A stretch of DNA of 64,000 nucleotides from Ignisphaera aggregans DSM 17230 (GTDB lineage: Archaea > Thermoproteota > Thermoprotei_A > Sulfolobales > Ignisphaeraceae), in assembly GCA_000145985.1 (NCBI GenBank), contig CP002098.1, forward strand, positions 803,853 to 867,852, in the 5' to 3' direction. A model generated the notes under the pieces. That model was not told where the DNA came from, searched no databases, and saw only the letters and a list, made by a program, of their open reading frames with translations. Positions 10,336 through 20,525 of the stretch are shown here, in pieces. Every line of letters begins with the position of its first letter. The first letter of the stretch is position 1. Made by a program: the position numbers and the translations under genes.

Positions 10336-11681
10336 AGGTTATGAGTATCACGATAAGTGAGATAAGTGCTACATATAGATTCAAACTTGTTGTAATACTA
10401 ATATCTATCCTAATCGGCTTTGGTGCTATTGTGAATAGAGGTCTTCTAACTATAGCTATAGCATTAATTGTTTTAACAGCTATTATGAGGGGGTACACAA
10501 AGCTTTGTATACATATTGTATCCAATTTGAGGGTTTCTATACCTAGCTATATAGGTTATGAGGGTGAGGAGAAGGTTGTTGAGATATCTATAGAGAACCC
10601 TACCTATATACCCATAGCATTTCTTGAGATATCTATAAACTATTCACCATTTCTAAAACTTGTTGGTGGAACAAAATCAGCTCTTCTCCTAATTCCCCCA
10701 AGGGGTAAAGCTGTTGTTAAGCTTGTCTTCAATGCTAGGCTAGGGAGACATGTTGTTGGACCTATAAAAACTGTTGTCAGGGATCCCCTCGGGCTCTATA
10801 GATCTAGTGAGATTATGATTGGTAGAAAGTCTTATCTAGAGATATATCCAAGGGTTTCAGAAACAGTTGTTAGGAAACTTCTCGTCTTCACAAGATCTAC
10901 AGGTATTGTGAGAACTAGGCAGAGGGGCAGTGGTGTGGAGATCCATAGCATAAGAGAGTATACACCCTATGACGATGTCAGGAGAATTCTGTGGAAATAC
11001 TATGCATCTAAACGAAAACTTGTTGTCAAGGATACAGAGAGGGAGACTATGCAAAACATATTGTTTATCCTAGATGCAACACCCCCTATGTTCATAGGTC
11101 CCTATGGATATACACCATTTGAACACTGTTCAAGGACTATAGCAAGTATAGCTAGATATCTAGCACATAGAGGTGATCTCATGGGTATAGCAATATTTAC
11201 AAGGAAATATATAGAGGTTTCGCCAAGGTTTGAAAGGGGTATGAAGGGCTATAAAAATGTTATTAACTATATAAAGAATATAGATTTTGATACAGATGAT
11301 ACAGATGATAGTGTTAGAGCTCTAAGGATAGAGGGATTGTTTAGAAAAACAATATCTATGTTGCCAAGAGAGAGAAGCATAATATTCATATTTACAACAT
11401 CTGGAGGGAAAACATATAGAGAAATTCTAGCAAAATATGTGAATATCCTTAGAGAGATGATGCACGAGATATACATAGTTATACCAATAACAACTATATA
11501 TGAGATCAAGGGTCTACCTGAATGGGGGCAGGCAATATTTAGGATAAAAACATATGAGGCTATGAAGAGAGAGATAGAATTTGCAAATAGCTTAAAACAT
11601 ATGGGTATAGATGTTATTGCAGCAGGGCCACAACACATTCCACAGCTTATAGTGTCAATGATAGAAATGAGAAGATATTAG
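10332..11681 (+). CDS. DUF58 domain protein (vWA-fold partner of MoxR ATPases)
   Basis: N-terminal TM helices. Hallmark DUF58 motif IREYTPYDDVRRILWKYYASKRKLVVKDTERE (compare R-E-Y-x-x-G-D-x-x-R-x-I-x-W-K). Confidence 0.7.
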   Translation: MKVMSITISEISATYRFKLVVILISILIGFGAIVNRGLLTIAIALIVLTAIMRGYTKLCIHIVSNLRVSIPSYIGYEGEEKVVEISIENPTYIPIAFLEISINYSPFLKLVGGTKSALLLIPPRGKAVVKLVFNARLGRHVVGPIKTVVRDPLGLYRSSEIMIGRKSYLEIYPRVSETVVRKLLVFTRSTGIVRTRQRGSGVEIHSIREYTPYDDVRRILWKYYASKRKLVVKDTERETMQNILFILDATPPMFIGPYGYTPFEHCSRTIASIARYLAHRGDLMGIAIFTRKYIEVSPRFERGMKGYKNVINYIKNIDFDTDDTDDSVRALRIEGLFRKTISMLPRERSIIFIFTTSGGKTYREILAKYVNILREMMHEIYIVIPITTIYEIKGLPEWGQAIFRIKTYEAMKREIEFANSLKHMGIDVIAAGPQHIPQLIVSMIEMRRY

Positions 11682-11708
11682 ATTTGATCCAATAGCTACT
11701 CTATAGAT

Positions 11709-12767
11709 CTATCTTATCCTTAACCTCCTATATAGATCCGTAACAACAGCTACAGCTAGGATAATACCTGTTACAGATTCTATCCAATATGGTGATACCC
11801 CAGTCAATACCAATGAATTTCTTATTAATCCTATTAGAAATGAGCCTATAATTGCTCCAAGAGCCATTCCCTCACCACCAGCAAGACTAACACCACCCAC
11901 GGCATTAGACGCTATTGCAAAGAGTTCCATACCCAGACCTGTACCTGGATACGCTGTCATCATAAGAGAGGTATTTATGACACCAGCTAGAGCTGCACAA
12001 ACACCGCTATACCCATATACAAATAGTCTAACTTTATTTATAGGAACACCACTTATCCTAGCAACATCTATATTACCACCAACTGCATATACATATCTAC
12101 CAAGAATACTAAACCTCTGTATGTATATACTTAGAATAGCTGTGATAAGGAGTATTGTAACTAGTATAGGCGTTGTTGATACGAGTGCTAATGCTCTATA
12201 TTGATGTAGAACTATAGGCCATCCAAGCGTTATTGCTTGTGCAAATCCTCCAAAAAATATCTTACTCACAAGCGTTATGAGGAATGCTGGCATTATCTGT
12301 GGGAATGGTGGTGAAAGTATACTTACAAATGCACCATGGAAAAGACCTATAGAGAGACCGAATAGTAGTGTTAGAAATATTGATATGGGTATGGGAATCC
12401 CAATACAGTGAATTAGATATGCTAATACCATGCCAGAGGCAGCAGCTATAGAACCTACTGATAGATCTATACCACCACTAATCAAGACAAAGGATTCTCC
12501 CATAGCCATAACGCTTAGAGCTATAATCCACCTTAGTATAGCCTCCCAATTCTCTACAGTCCAAAAATTAGGATTAACAGCACCTGTTACAAAGGCTATA
12601 ACAGCTATAGCTAAAGAGATACCGAAGACAGGTTCAACTACAATTCTTCTTAGCATTGACATAGCCTTATCCCGATAAGGATTATTGGCATCAAATATAT
12701 AAGCTTTTATTACACCAAGAATACTAGCTGTATACATAGAACTTTTGATAGGAGATCTTAAATGCAT
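11709..12767 (-). CDS. Sugar ABC transporter permease (RbsC/branched-chain-type permease family)
   Basis: 352 aa polytopic protein. The SGGIDLSVGS motif is characteristic of ribose/monosaccharide ABC permeases. Confidence 0.75.
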   Translation of the reverse strand: MHLRSPIKSSMYTASILGVIKAYIFDANNPYRDKAMSMLRRIVVEPVFGISLAIAVIAFVTGAVNPNFWTVENWEAILRWIIALSVMAMGESFVLISGGIDLSVGSIAAASGMVLAYLIHCIGIPIPISIFLTLLFGLSIGLFHGAFVSILSPPFPQIMPAFLITLVSKIFFGGFAQAITLGWPIVLHQYRALALVSTTPILVTILLITAILSIYIQRFSILGRYVYAVGGNIDVARISGVPINKVRLFVYGYSGVCAALAGVINTSLMMTAYPGTGLGMELFAIASNAVGGVSLAGGEGMALGAIIGSFLIGLIRNSLVLTGVSPYWIESVTGIILAVAVVTDLYRRLRIR

Positions 12768-14264
12768 AGAGCTCCAATCCTTGAGACTGTAGACATATGG
12801 AAGAGATTTCCAGGCGTTATTGCTCTAAAGGGAGTCTCTATAAAGGTTTATGAGAATGAGATTGTAGGTCTTGTTGGAGAAAATGGTGCAGGTAAATCAA
12901 CATTTCTAAAGATTATAGGTGGAATTCTAAGGAAGGATTCTGGAAAGATATATTGGATGAGTAGAGAGGTAGAGTTTAGATCTCCTCATGAAGCTCTAGA
13001 GAATGGTGTTGCATATGTGCCTCAAGATGTAAATATCCTTGGCAATCTATCTCTATATGAGAATGTGTTTATTGGTAGAGAAAACAAATCTCTATTTCTA
13101 CCAAGGGATAGTAGACGTGAGATAGAAGCAAGTAGAAAGGTTTTCAAAGAGCTTGGTATAGATATAGATCCTATTATTAAGGGTAGAGAGGTGGGATTCT
13201 CAATAGCACAACTAACACTTATTGCTAGAGCTATATACTTTAAATCAAAACTAATAATGTTTGATGAACCTACATCAGGCTTAGGTGTTATAGAAACAGA
13301 GAAACTCCTTAATATAATGACGAGATTGAGGGATATGGGGGTATCAATAATATTTGTTAGTCATAAAATTGAAGAGGTTATGAATGTTGCTGATAGAATC
13401 TATGTGTTAAGAGATGGCACACTAGTTTCTGAGTATAGTAGAGAACAATTTGATTTACATAGAATTGTTAGAGATATGGTTGCACGTGAAGTAAAAGAGT
13501 TCTTCCCCAAGGAGAAGGTAGAAATAGGTAATATTATCATGGAGGTTAAAAACCTTTCAGATACTGTTGGATTTGTTAAAAATGTTAATTTCTATGTTAG
13601 ACGTGGCGAAATTCTGGGTATATATGGAATTGCAGGTTCTGGAAGAACAGAGATGGCACTTACACTAATAGGTTTTAGACCAAAGAAATCAGGTACTATA
13701 GTTATTGATGGAAAAACCGTTGAGATCCGTAGACCTAGGGATGCTATTAACCATGGAATAGGTTATCTACCAGAGGATTGGAGGCTATCCCTAGTTCTAA
13801 TTATGTCTATAAGTGAAAATATATCGTTACCGATAATAAATAGCTTAAGAGTTATAAACCTAGGTGGATTATCACCTATAGATTTCTCATCAGAGTCAAA
13901 AATATCTCGAGACTATGTCAATAAACTTAGAGTAGTGCCACCAGACATTAAGAGAAGGACGTTATATCTTAGTGGTGGAAATAAGCAGAAAGTTGCAATA
14001 GCAAAACTTCTTGCTTCTCGATCAAAGATACTTATACTTGATGAACCCACTCATGGTATTGATGTTGGTGCTAAAGTTGAAATTAGAAAGCTTATGTGTG
14101 ATATTGCTAAGGAGGGAAAGGCAGTTATATTGATATCATCAGAACTGCCAGAGGTTATAAATATGAGTGATAGGATTTTGGTAATGCGTGAAGGGACTAT
14201 TGTAGCTGAGTTTAGTAGAGATGAAGCATCAGAAGAGAAAATTGCTAGAGCTGCTATTCTCTAA
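12762..14264 (+). CDS. Sugar ABC transporter ATP-binding protein with tandem ABC domains (RbsA/MglA-like)
   Basis: Two Walker A sites (GENGAGKST; GIAGSGRTE), signature LSGGNKQK, Walker B ILILDEPT. 500 aa. Confidence 0.85.
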   Translation: MHRAPILETVDIWKRFPGVIALKGVSIKVYENEIVGLVGENGAGKSTFLKIIGGILRKDSGKIYWMSREVEFRSPHEALENGVAYVPQDVNILGNLSLYENVFIGRENKSLFLPRDSRREIEASRKVFKELGIDIDPIIKGREVGFSIAQLTLIARAIYFKSKLIMFDEPTSGLGVIETEKLLNIMTRLRDMGVSIIFVSHKIEEVMNVADRIYVLRDGTLVSEYSREQFDLHRIVRDMVAREVKEFFPKEKVEIGNIIMEVKNLSDTVGFVKNVNFYVRRGEILGIYGIAGSGRTEMALTLIGFRPKKSGTIVIDGKTVEIRRPRDAINHGIGYLPEDWRLSLVLIMSISENISLPIINSLRVINLGGLSPIDFSSESKISRDYVNKLRVVPPDIKRRTLYLSGGNKQKVAIAKLLASRSKILILDEPTHGIDVGAKVEIRKLMCDIAKEGKAVILISSELPEVINMSDRILVMREGTIVAEFSRDEASEEKIARAAIL

Positions 14265-14352
14265 ATCTATTTTTTGAAATAAATCAGTATATAGTAAAGA
14301 AAGAATAAACTTTTTTAACCCCGGCCAGAGATTTATCTTTCGGAGATCATAT

Positions 14353-15489
14353 ATGAGGGGTATATCTAGAACAACTTTAGCTATAGTGATAATAGCTGTT
14401 GTAGTAATAGCAGCAGTAGCAGGCTTCTTAGTATGGAGATACTACTTTGCTACACCACCTAAGAAAATGGTATTTGTTGTTATAGGAAAATCTGTTCATC
14501 CTTATTGGAGTGTTGTTGAAGCAGGTGTTAAGAAGGCTGGTCAAGAGCTTGGAGTTGAAGCAATCTTCTGGGTACCATCAAAGGAGGATGTACCTGCACA
14601 GCTAAGTACAATGGATACATATATAGCTCAGAATGTAGCAGGTATAGCTATTGCACCATCCGATCCTAGTGCAGCTACCCCCTATATCAATAAAGCTCTT
14701 GAAAAAGGTATACCCGTTATAACAATTGATACAGATGCTGCTCAAAGTAATAGACTTGCATATCTTGGTACAGGTAACTATAGAGCGGGTTGGCTAGCAG
14801 GTCTACTTGCATGGCAATGCCTAAAGGAGAAAGGATATGCAAAACCAGGAGCAACAGTTAAGGTAGCTATATTGACAGGTTCTCTAACAGCTGCAAACTC
14901 CCTAGAGAGAATAGCTGGATTTCAGCATGCTATTGGAAATGCTAGTAAAAAGGATCCAGATATAGGTGGTAATATAAATATTGTATGGCTTGGACCTTAT
15001 AACGATGAAGAAGATGCTGCCAAAGCATTAAGCCTAGCATCATCTGTCCTAGCTTCACATCCAGATCTCCATGCAGCATTTGGTGTATATGCCTATGATG
15101 GACCTGCATGGACAAAGGCTATGGAGGGTGCAGGGATACCACCGGGTAAGATATGTCTAATAGAATTCGATGTAACTCCAGACAACATACCACCTGTTAA
15201 AAGTGGATATGCATATGCTACTGTAGGACAAAGACAATACTTCATGGGCTACTATGGAGTTAAACTACTCTACAATATGACTAAGATGGGTGTAGAGCAA
15301 GCACTAAAGAACTTCATACCGGGTTATCCAAATAATAAGATCTATGATACTGGTGTAGACCTTGTATCTACAAGAACATTTGAGTTTACAGCTCCTACAG
15401 GTGAAAAGGTAAAGGTAACATCTATTGATGACTATAGAAATCTATGTGTACAACTAGGTGTAGATCCAAAGCTTCTCTTAGGAGAATAA
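14353..15489 (+). CDS. Sugar ABC transporter substrate-binding protein (periplasmic-binding-protein fold, membrane anchored)
   Basis: N-terminal TM anchor followed by a type-I PBP-like pattern (VFVVIGKSVHPYWS...GIPVITIDTD), typical of ribose/galactose-type binding proteins. Confidence 0.7.
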   Translation: MRGISRTTLAIVIIAVVVIAAVAGFLVWRYYFATPPKKMVFVVIGKSVHPYWSVVEAGVKKAGQELGVEAIFWVPSKEDVPAQLSTMDTYIAQNVAGIAIAPSDPSAATPYINKALEKGIPVITIDTDAAQSNRLAYLGTGNYRAGWLAGLLAWQCLKEKGYAKPGATVKVAILTGSLTAANSLERIAGFQHAIGNASKKDPDIGGNINIVWLGPYNDEEDAAKALSLASSVLASHPDLHAAFGVYAYDGPAWTKAMEGAGIPPGKICLIEFDVTPDNIPPVKSGYAYATVGQRQYFMGYYGVKLLYNMTKMGVEQALKNFIPGYPNNKIYDTGVDLVSTRTFEFTAPTGEKVKVTSIDDYRNLCVQLGVDPKLLLGE

Positions 15490-15502
15490 ACTAATTATAA
15501 TA

Positions 15503-15520
15503 TTTTTCATTTCTTTTTAT
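15503..15520 (+). terminator. T-rich tract downstream of the binding-protein gene (archaeal oligo-T terminator candidate)
   Basis: TATTTTTCATTTCTTTTTATT lies immediately after the stop codon of 14353..15489. Confidence 0.3.
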
Positions 15521-15630
15521 TAAGCTATACTCATAGTTTTCAAGAATATTGAAAGCACAATCCAGATGATACTATTTTATTGATTTTATATTAATGCTTT
15601 TATCTCTGATCCCCCATTAATCTATTTCTA

Positions 15631-17190
15631 GTGGTCTTAATGAGTTTTCTCTATGGCCTCTCACTTACATTGGTTATAGCAGTTATAGTTGCATCTATCT
15701 TTGAAAAGCTTAGGTTTCTTCCATCTGCAGGTTTTCTTTTAGCGGGTTTTATAGTCAAGATGATTTCATTGTATATCGCTCCAAATCTTTTTATGAGTTT
15801 TGATGTATATGGATTTGGATACTACCTCCTTGTTATTAGCAGTATTCTTATAGCTTTTGAGATGGGTAGAGAGATAGGTTCTACAGGATTTGATCCTAAG
15901 GTTGTATCATTTATAGCTCTTGAAACTACTCTAATAATGATTCTTTCAATATCTATACTAAGAGCTTTTGGATTAGCTTTAGATGAAGCTATATCTGTTG
16001 GTATAGCCCTTCTATCCTCTAGTAGCACAACTGTATATGTACTGACAAGAGATGTTTCTAGCTCTACAAGAAGTATTGCTCTATCCATAACTCTTCTAGA
16101 GGATATTGCTCTACTAACTATGCTAAGCCTTGTTAGGGGTAGGGGCAGTAATCCGTTGATAACACTAACACTTACAGTTCTAATGGCGCTAATCGGAAGC
16201 ATTATATTTAGATACCTTAGCAGGATATTCTATGTAAGTAGATACCCATATATATTATCCATAGCTATAGCATTGGCATATGCGGGAGTAGCAGAATCCT
16301 TTGCATCACCCTATCTAGGAGCATTTGTTGCTGGCTATATTATCCAGAGAAATATTGGCAGTATCAATTCCTCAGAGAGCTTTACATCGATAGCAGTATT
16401 GCTATATATGCTTTCAATAGGTATGGTATTTCCATATATAAACATATTTAGGCTCCACATATTTATACTCGTCATAATTCTATCGCTTATCTCTATAGCT
16501 ATTAGAGCTATAGCAGTATTCCTAACATCACTAATAATACTTGGTGATGCAAGAGAAGCTACCATTATAAGCCTTAGAATGACATCTATAAGTGAATTAG
16601 CACCTCTAGTAGCTCTAACAGCAGTTGGAGGAGGTATAACATCGCATGACATTGCAGTAGCACTTGTATTAATGCCTATAGCAACAATAGCTATAGCACC
16701 TATAATAGCATCTAGATCTAGTGGTATTGCAGATACTATTGGTAGATATATAAAAGTTAGAAAAGTATTTACAAGGATAGATGATTTATATAGAATTCTG
16801 TCAGATATAGTGTATACCTCTATAAAGATTGTAGGGATATTGATAGCTATAGCCATAGTAACGACATTTCTAAGCTATATAGCCCTAGCCTCTATACCTA
16901 TATCAGTCTATGCCCTGTATAGATACTATAAACAGCTATCAGATAAGATAGATAAGCTATATAGCGGCATAGGGATAGTAGCTAGATATATAGTGAGATT
17001 CTTTATAGTTCTAGCTCTATCACTATTAACAGTATATATATTGACAACACTATCAGAGACAATACAGATGATAAATATCTTGAGACCTTATCTACCTATA
17101 GCAATACCAATAGTTATAGCAGTCATAGTTATTGACATGGCTATAGAGATTATGAATAGATATCGCTTAAAATCTAATCAAATATATTGA
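15631..17190 (+). CDS. Cation:proton antiporter-like polytopic membrane protein
   Basis: 519 aa with more than 10 hydrophobic segments. Overall layout resembles the Na+/H+ exchanger (CPA) family. No diagnostic motif confirmed. Confidence 0.45.
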   Translation: MVLMSFLYGLSLTLVIAVIVASIFEKLRFLPSAGFLLAGFIVKMISLYIAPNLFMSFDVYGFGYYLLVISSILIAFEMGREIGSTGFDPKVVSFIALETTLIMILSISILRAFGLALDEAISVGIALLSSSSTTVYVLTRDVSSSTRSIALSITLLEDIALLTMLSLVRGRGSNPLITLTLTVLMALIGSIIFRYLSRIFYVSRYPYILSIAIALAYAGVAESFASPYLGAFVAGYIIQRNIGSINSSESFTSIAVLLYMLSIGMVFPYINIFRLHIFILVIILSLISIAIRAIAVFLTSLIILGDAREATIISLRMTSISELAPLVALTAVGGGITSHDIAVALVLMPIATIAIAPIIASRSSGIADTIGRYIKVRKVFTRIDDLYRILSDIVYTSIKIVGILIAIAIVTTFLSYIALASIPISVYALYRYYKQLSDKIDKLYSGIGIVARYIVRFFIVLALSLLTVYILTTLSETIQMINILRPYLPIAIPIVIAVIVIDMAIEIMNRYRLKSNQIY

Positions 17191-17947
17191 TCAATTCATT
17201 GACAACCCTCAAATAGTCGTAAACAATCTGTTTTATCACATTAGGTAGACTATCTTCATTCTCTATATAGCTTGATAATACTATATATCCCTCCTCATTA
17301 ACATCAACTCTACTCTTCACAACACCATATCTTCTTATCCTATGCTGAAAAGCTTCATCTAGAATCGAAAAGTTTCTTAGGTAGAGAGGATCAGACTCTA
17401 TAATATATCCAAAATCCTCTAGAAATATCTCAAACCCTACTCTAGTATTCTCCTCAATATATGCACCAACAATACTCTCAGAACCCCTCCATATCCTAGG
17501 TGCTACATAGATTCCATGAGAATGGAGCTTTTCTACAACCCTAACACTCTCCCTAGAATATATCTTCAGATCAATTAGATCGACACTAACATTAGCACCA
17601 TCCTTAATCTGTAACACATAGTGTCTAGGCCCTAGAAACCAGCCAACATGATTTACATATCCATATGGTTGATTAGCCCATGCAAAAAGACATAAAGCTT
17701 TTCCAGGAGGCCAATAAGCAAGAGAACCACTTGATACATATGTAGTTGTCTCTCCATCAAATTCTAGACCTATACCAAAATATACCTCCTCCTTCCACAC
17801 CCTAGCTATAGAGGAGATAGGTAAAATAGTTTTTATCCTATCAAAAAATCTATCATCTGTAACAAGAACGGGTATCTCAAGATCTTTGCCAAATCTTATC
17901 ATTAGATACAAAAATATACACCGAAATTTGCTGTCACCTAAAAACAT
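17174..17947 (-). CDS. Hypothetical soluble protein
   Basis: 257 aa ORF with normal composition. No recognised motif. Confidence 0.4.
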   Translation of the reverse strand: MFLGDSKFRCIFLYLMIRFGKDLEIPVLVTDDRFFDRIKTILPISSIARVWKEEVYFGIGLEFDGETTTYVSSGSLAYWPPGKALCLFAWANQPYGYVNHVGWFLGPRHYVLQIKDGANVSVDLIDLKIYSRESVRVVEKLHSHGIYVAPRIWRGSESIVGAYIEENTRVGFEIFLEDFGYIIESDPLYLRNFSILDEAFQHRIRRYGVVKSRVDVNEEGYIVLSSYIENEDSLPNVIKQIVYDYLRVVNELINIFD

Positions 17948-18620
17948 TTTAACTCTATATAAATTTACTCTTAATAGAGGTGAAAAAGTTATTCAAGAGT
18001 GGCTTATCTCTCTCATAGGCTCTATAGCCACTATAGTTATCTCTATCTCTAGTCTTGCTCATTGGCTTGGCAAAAAGTTTGGCGAGATTGATGCTAGGTT
18101 TAGAGAAATTGATAAAAGATTTGAATCATATGATAAGAAGTTTGAGGAGATAGATAAAAGATTTATATCTATAGACAAAAGATTTGAGGCTTTAGAGAAG
18201 AGATTAGATAGTATTGAAAATGAAATTAGATCTCTGAGAATAACAGTATCGAGAATTGTTGAAGTTGTTAAATCTTCTCAAGAGTTTATGATTGATTTTC
18301 TTTCTTATGAAGGTGTTTTGAGGAAGGAGGCATCTGATGTTATTAGACATGAGATTAGTAGAATATTTAGGGTTGTATCTATGTATACAAATCCATTGAC
18401 CAAGGAGGAGGTTGAAAGATTGAAACAGCTTATAGAGAAGGAAGAGTTAACACTTGAGGAAGCTGAGGAACTCTATGAGATAGCGAATAAGCTTGTGTAT
18501 GAATATGGAACATCAGAGACATGGAAACTTCTATTCTATGCAAGATTCTGGATAGGATATAATCTAAGGAAGATGAAGGAGCAGAGGGAAAGAGAGAAAC
18601 AAAAAGAGAAACAATGCTAA
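17886..18620 (+). CDS. Membrane-anchored coiled-coil protein with tandem heptad repeats (paralog of 44376..45035)
   Basis: One TM segment (LISLIGSIATIVISISSL), then seven heptads of form [I/Y/L]D[K/A]RF[E/R]x (IDARFRE IDKRFES YDKKFEE IDKRFIS IDKRFEA...), plus a conserved C-terminal NPLTKEE...ELTLEEA block. The true start is probably downstream of the annotated Met, since the ORF overlaps the opposite-strand ORF by 62 nt. Confidence 0.55.
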   Translation: MPNLIIRYKNIHRNLLSPKNILTLYKFTLNRGEKVIQEWLISLIGSIATIVISISSLAHWLGKKFGEIDARFREIDKRFESYDKKFEEIDKRFISIDKRFEALEKRLDSIENEIRSLRITVSRIVEVVKSSQEFMIDFLSYEGVLRKEASDVIRHEISRIFRVVSMYTNPLTKEEVERLKQLIEKEELTLEEAEELYEIANKLVYEYGTSETWKLLFYARFWIGYNLRKMKEQREREKQKEKQC

Positions 18621-18707
18621 CAATCTATTCTAGTTATATATCATAAATCGGATTTCTCAATAGCAACCCCATCTCTTGTGGTTGAAAGGATTACAACAAC
18701 ATTTATA

Positions 18708-19493
18708 CTAATACTTTGCTATACTCTCTAGGAATACAATGGTTTTTAGCTCTGGTATGACCATGGTCTTCACACCGTATACATATAGAATATTTTCCTC
18801 TGTTAAGACTTTTTCAGGTGGGCCTATTGAGAATACCTCTCCTCTTCTCATCATTATCACATTATCTGAGTATCTATAGGCTAGCGTAAGATCGTGTAGA
18901 GCCATTAGCACAGCAATATTCTTGTCTCTCGCTATCCTCTTTATCAGGTTCATAATCTCTATTTGGTGGTGTGGATCTAGATTTGATGTTGGTTCATCTA
19001 ATAGCAATATCCTTGGCTCGGATACAAGTGCTCTTGCTATTAATATCATTTGTAGTTCTCCACCACTAAGCTCTGTTATCCTCCTATTGGCTTTATCCTC
19101 CATACCTATCTCTTTAAGGATTTCAAATGCTTTTTCATAGTCCTTCTTTGTAGGTGTAAATAATATATATGGTTTTCTACCTGTAACAACAAATTCTATA
19201 ACTGTTACTGGTTGTAGTGAGGCTAGTCTCTGTGGAACATATCCAAATATCTTAGCTATATCCCTCCTACTAAGGCTATGAACAGTCTTCCCATCTATAT
19301 ATACAGAGCCTTTCCTAGGCTTTAGAATACCGTCTATAACTCTTAGAAGAGTTGTTTTTCCAGATCCATTAGGTCCTACAATAGATACAATTTCACCTCT
19401 GTCAACATCAAATCTTATATTCTTTAAAACATCTATACTCCTATAACTAAATTCAACTCCATCTACTCTCAGAAACACCATGTCTACCACCAA
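18708..19493 (-). CDS. ABC transporter ATP-binding protein (FecE/BtuD-like, iron/cobalamin-type importer)
   Basis: Walker A GPNGSGKTT, signature LSGGELQ, Walker B LLLDEPT. Co-operonic with a FecCD-type permease. Confidence 0.85.
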   Translation of the reverse strand: MVVDMVFLRVDGVEFSYRSIDVLKNIRFDVDRGEIVSIVGPNGSGKTTLLRVIDGILKPRKGSVYIDGKTVHSLSRRDIAKIFGYVPQRLASLQPVTVIEFVVTGRKPYILFTPTKKDYEKAFEILKEIGMEDKANRRITELSGGELQMILIARALVSEPRILLLDEPTSNLDPHHQIEIMNLIKRIARDKNIAVLMALHDLTLAYRYSDNVIMMRRGEVFSIGPPEKVLTEENILYVYGVKTMVIPELKTIVFLESIAKY

Positions 19494-20439
19494 ACATAAG
19501 CACTATGAGTAGAGGGACTCCTACAAGAGTTGTTGTAATACCAACGGGTAGTGTAACCGGGTTTAGAATTGTTCTACCTATAAAATCTGCTAACAACATT
19601 ATTATAGCTCCATAGAGAGCTGACGATATGATACATCTTCTAGAGCTCCAACCAACTGTAAGTCTAGCTATATGAGATGCTACAAGACCTGCAAAACCTA
19701 TTACACCTACAAATGATACAGATATGGCTGTTAGTAGAGAGGATATCAATAGAATAGCAATCCTAAGAATCTTGATATTAACACCACTCGATATAGCAAC
19801 CTCGTCTCCAAACACAGCCAGGTCTAGATCTGTTGAAAGAGCTAGAAATACTATAATCCCTGCTATAGCCACTATCATTAATATCCATACCTCTAGCCAT
19901 GCAGTTCTACTAACATTTCCATATGTCCAGAAGAGTAGTGTTGCTACCTGTATCTCGTTGAAGTATAGATATTGAAGAAGCGATAGTGTTGCCTGTATAG
20001 CAAATGATAATGTTATTGATGCTAATATTATTCCATAGATCGAAAGACCTATTGCATATGATAGAACTAGAATTAGAAAGGATTGCATCATAGCCATGGT
20101 AAATGCTGAGCCAACAACAATATAATAGTTAGTTATTGTTATCATAGATGTAGAAGCTGTACGTGCACCTACTATAGATAGTGTACCGGGTACAGACATA
20201 GCTATACCAACACCTAGAGCAGCTGCATGCTGAATACCTAGTGTAAATGGGGATGCCAAAGGGTTTCTAAGAATATTTTGTAGTGATATAGATGAGACTC
20301 CAAGTATTATTCCAACAGCTATTGATGTTAATGCTCTACGTATTCTCATATCAATTACACTAGCCAATGCCCTATCACGTGTATTACTAAGTATAGTGTT
20401 TAGTAGATCTTGGATAGAAAGCTTATAGTATCCTCCCAT
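19453..20439 (-). CDS. FecCD-family ABC permease (BtuC/FhuB-like)
   Basis: 328 aa polytopic protein. N-terminal region and TM layout are typical of FecCD-family permeases. Confidence 0.75.
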   Translation of the reverse strand: MGGYYKLSIQDLLNTILSNTRDRALASVIDMRIRRALTSIAVGIILGVSSISLQNILRNPLASPFTLGIQHAAALGVGIAMSVPGTLSIVGARTASTSMITITNYYIVVGSAFTMAMMQSFLILVLSYAIGLSIYGIILASITLSFAIQATLSLLQYLYFNEIQVATLLFWTYGNVSRTAWLEVWILMIVAIAGIIVFLALSTDLDLAVFGDEVAISSGVNIKILRIAILLISSLLTAISVSFVGVIGFAGLVASHIARLTVGWSSRRCIISSALYGAIIMLLADFIGRTILNPVTLPVGITTTLVGVPLLIVLMFGGRHGVSESRWS

Positions 20440-20525
20440 AGATATTGATAAAATTACTAGGAGTATAATAAGTGAAAAGAGAGCTATGTTTATAGCTAAA
20501 AATCTTATTGTACTATCTGAAATCT

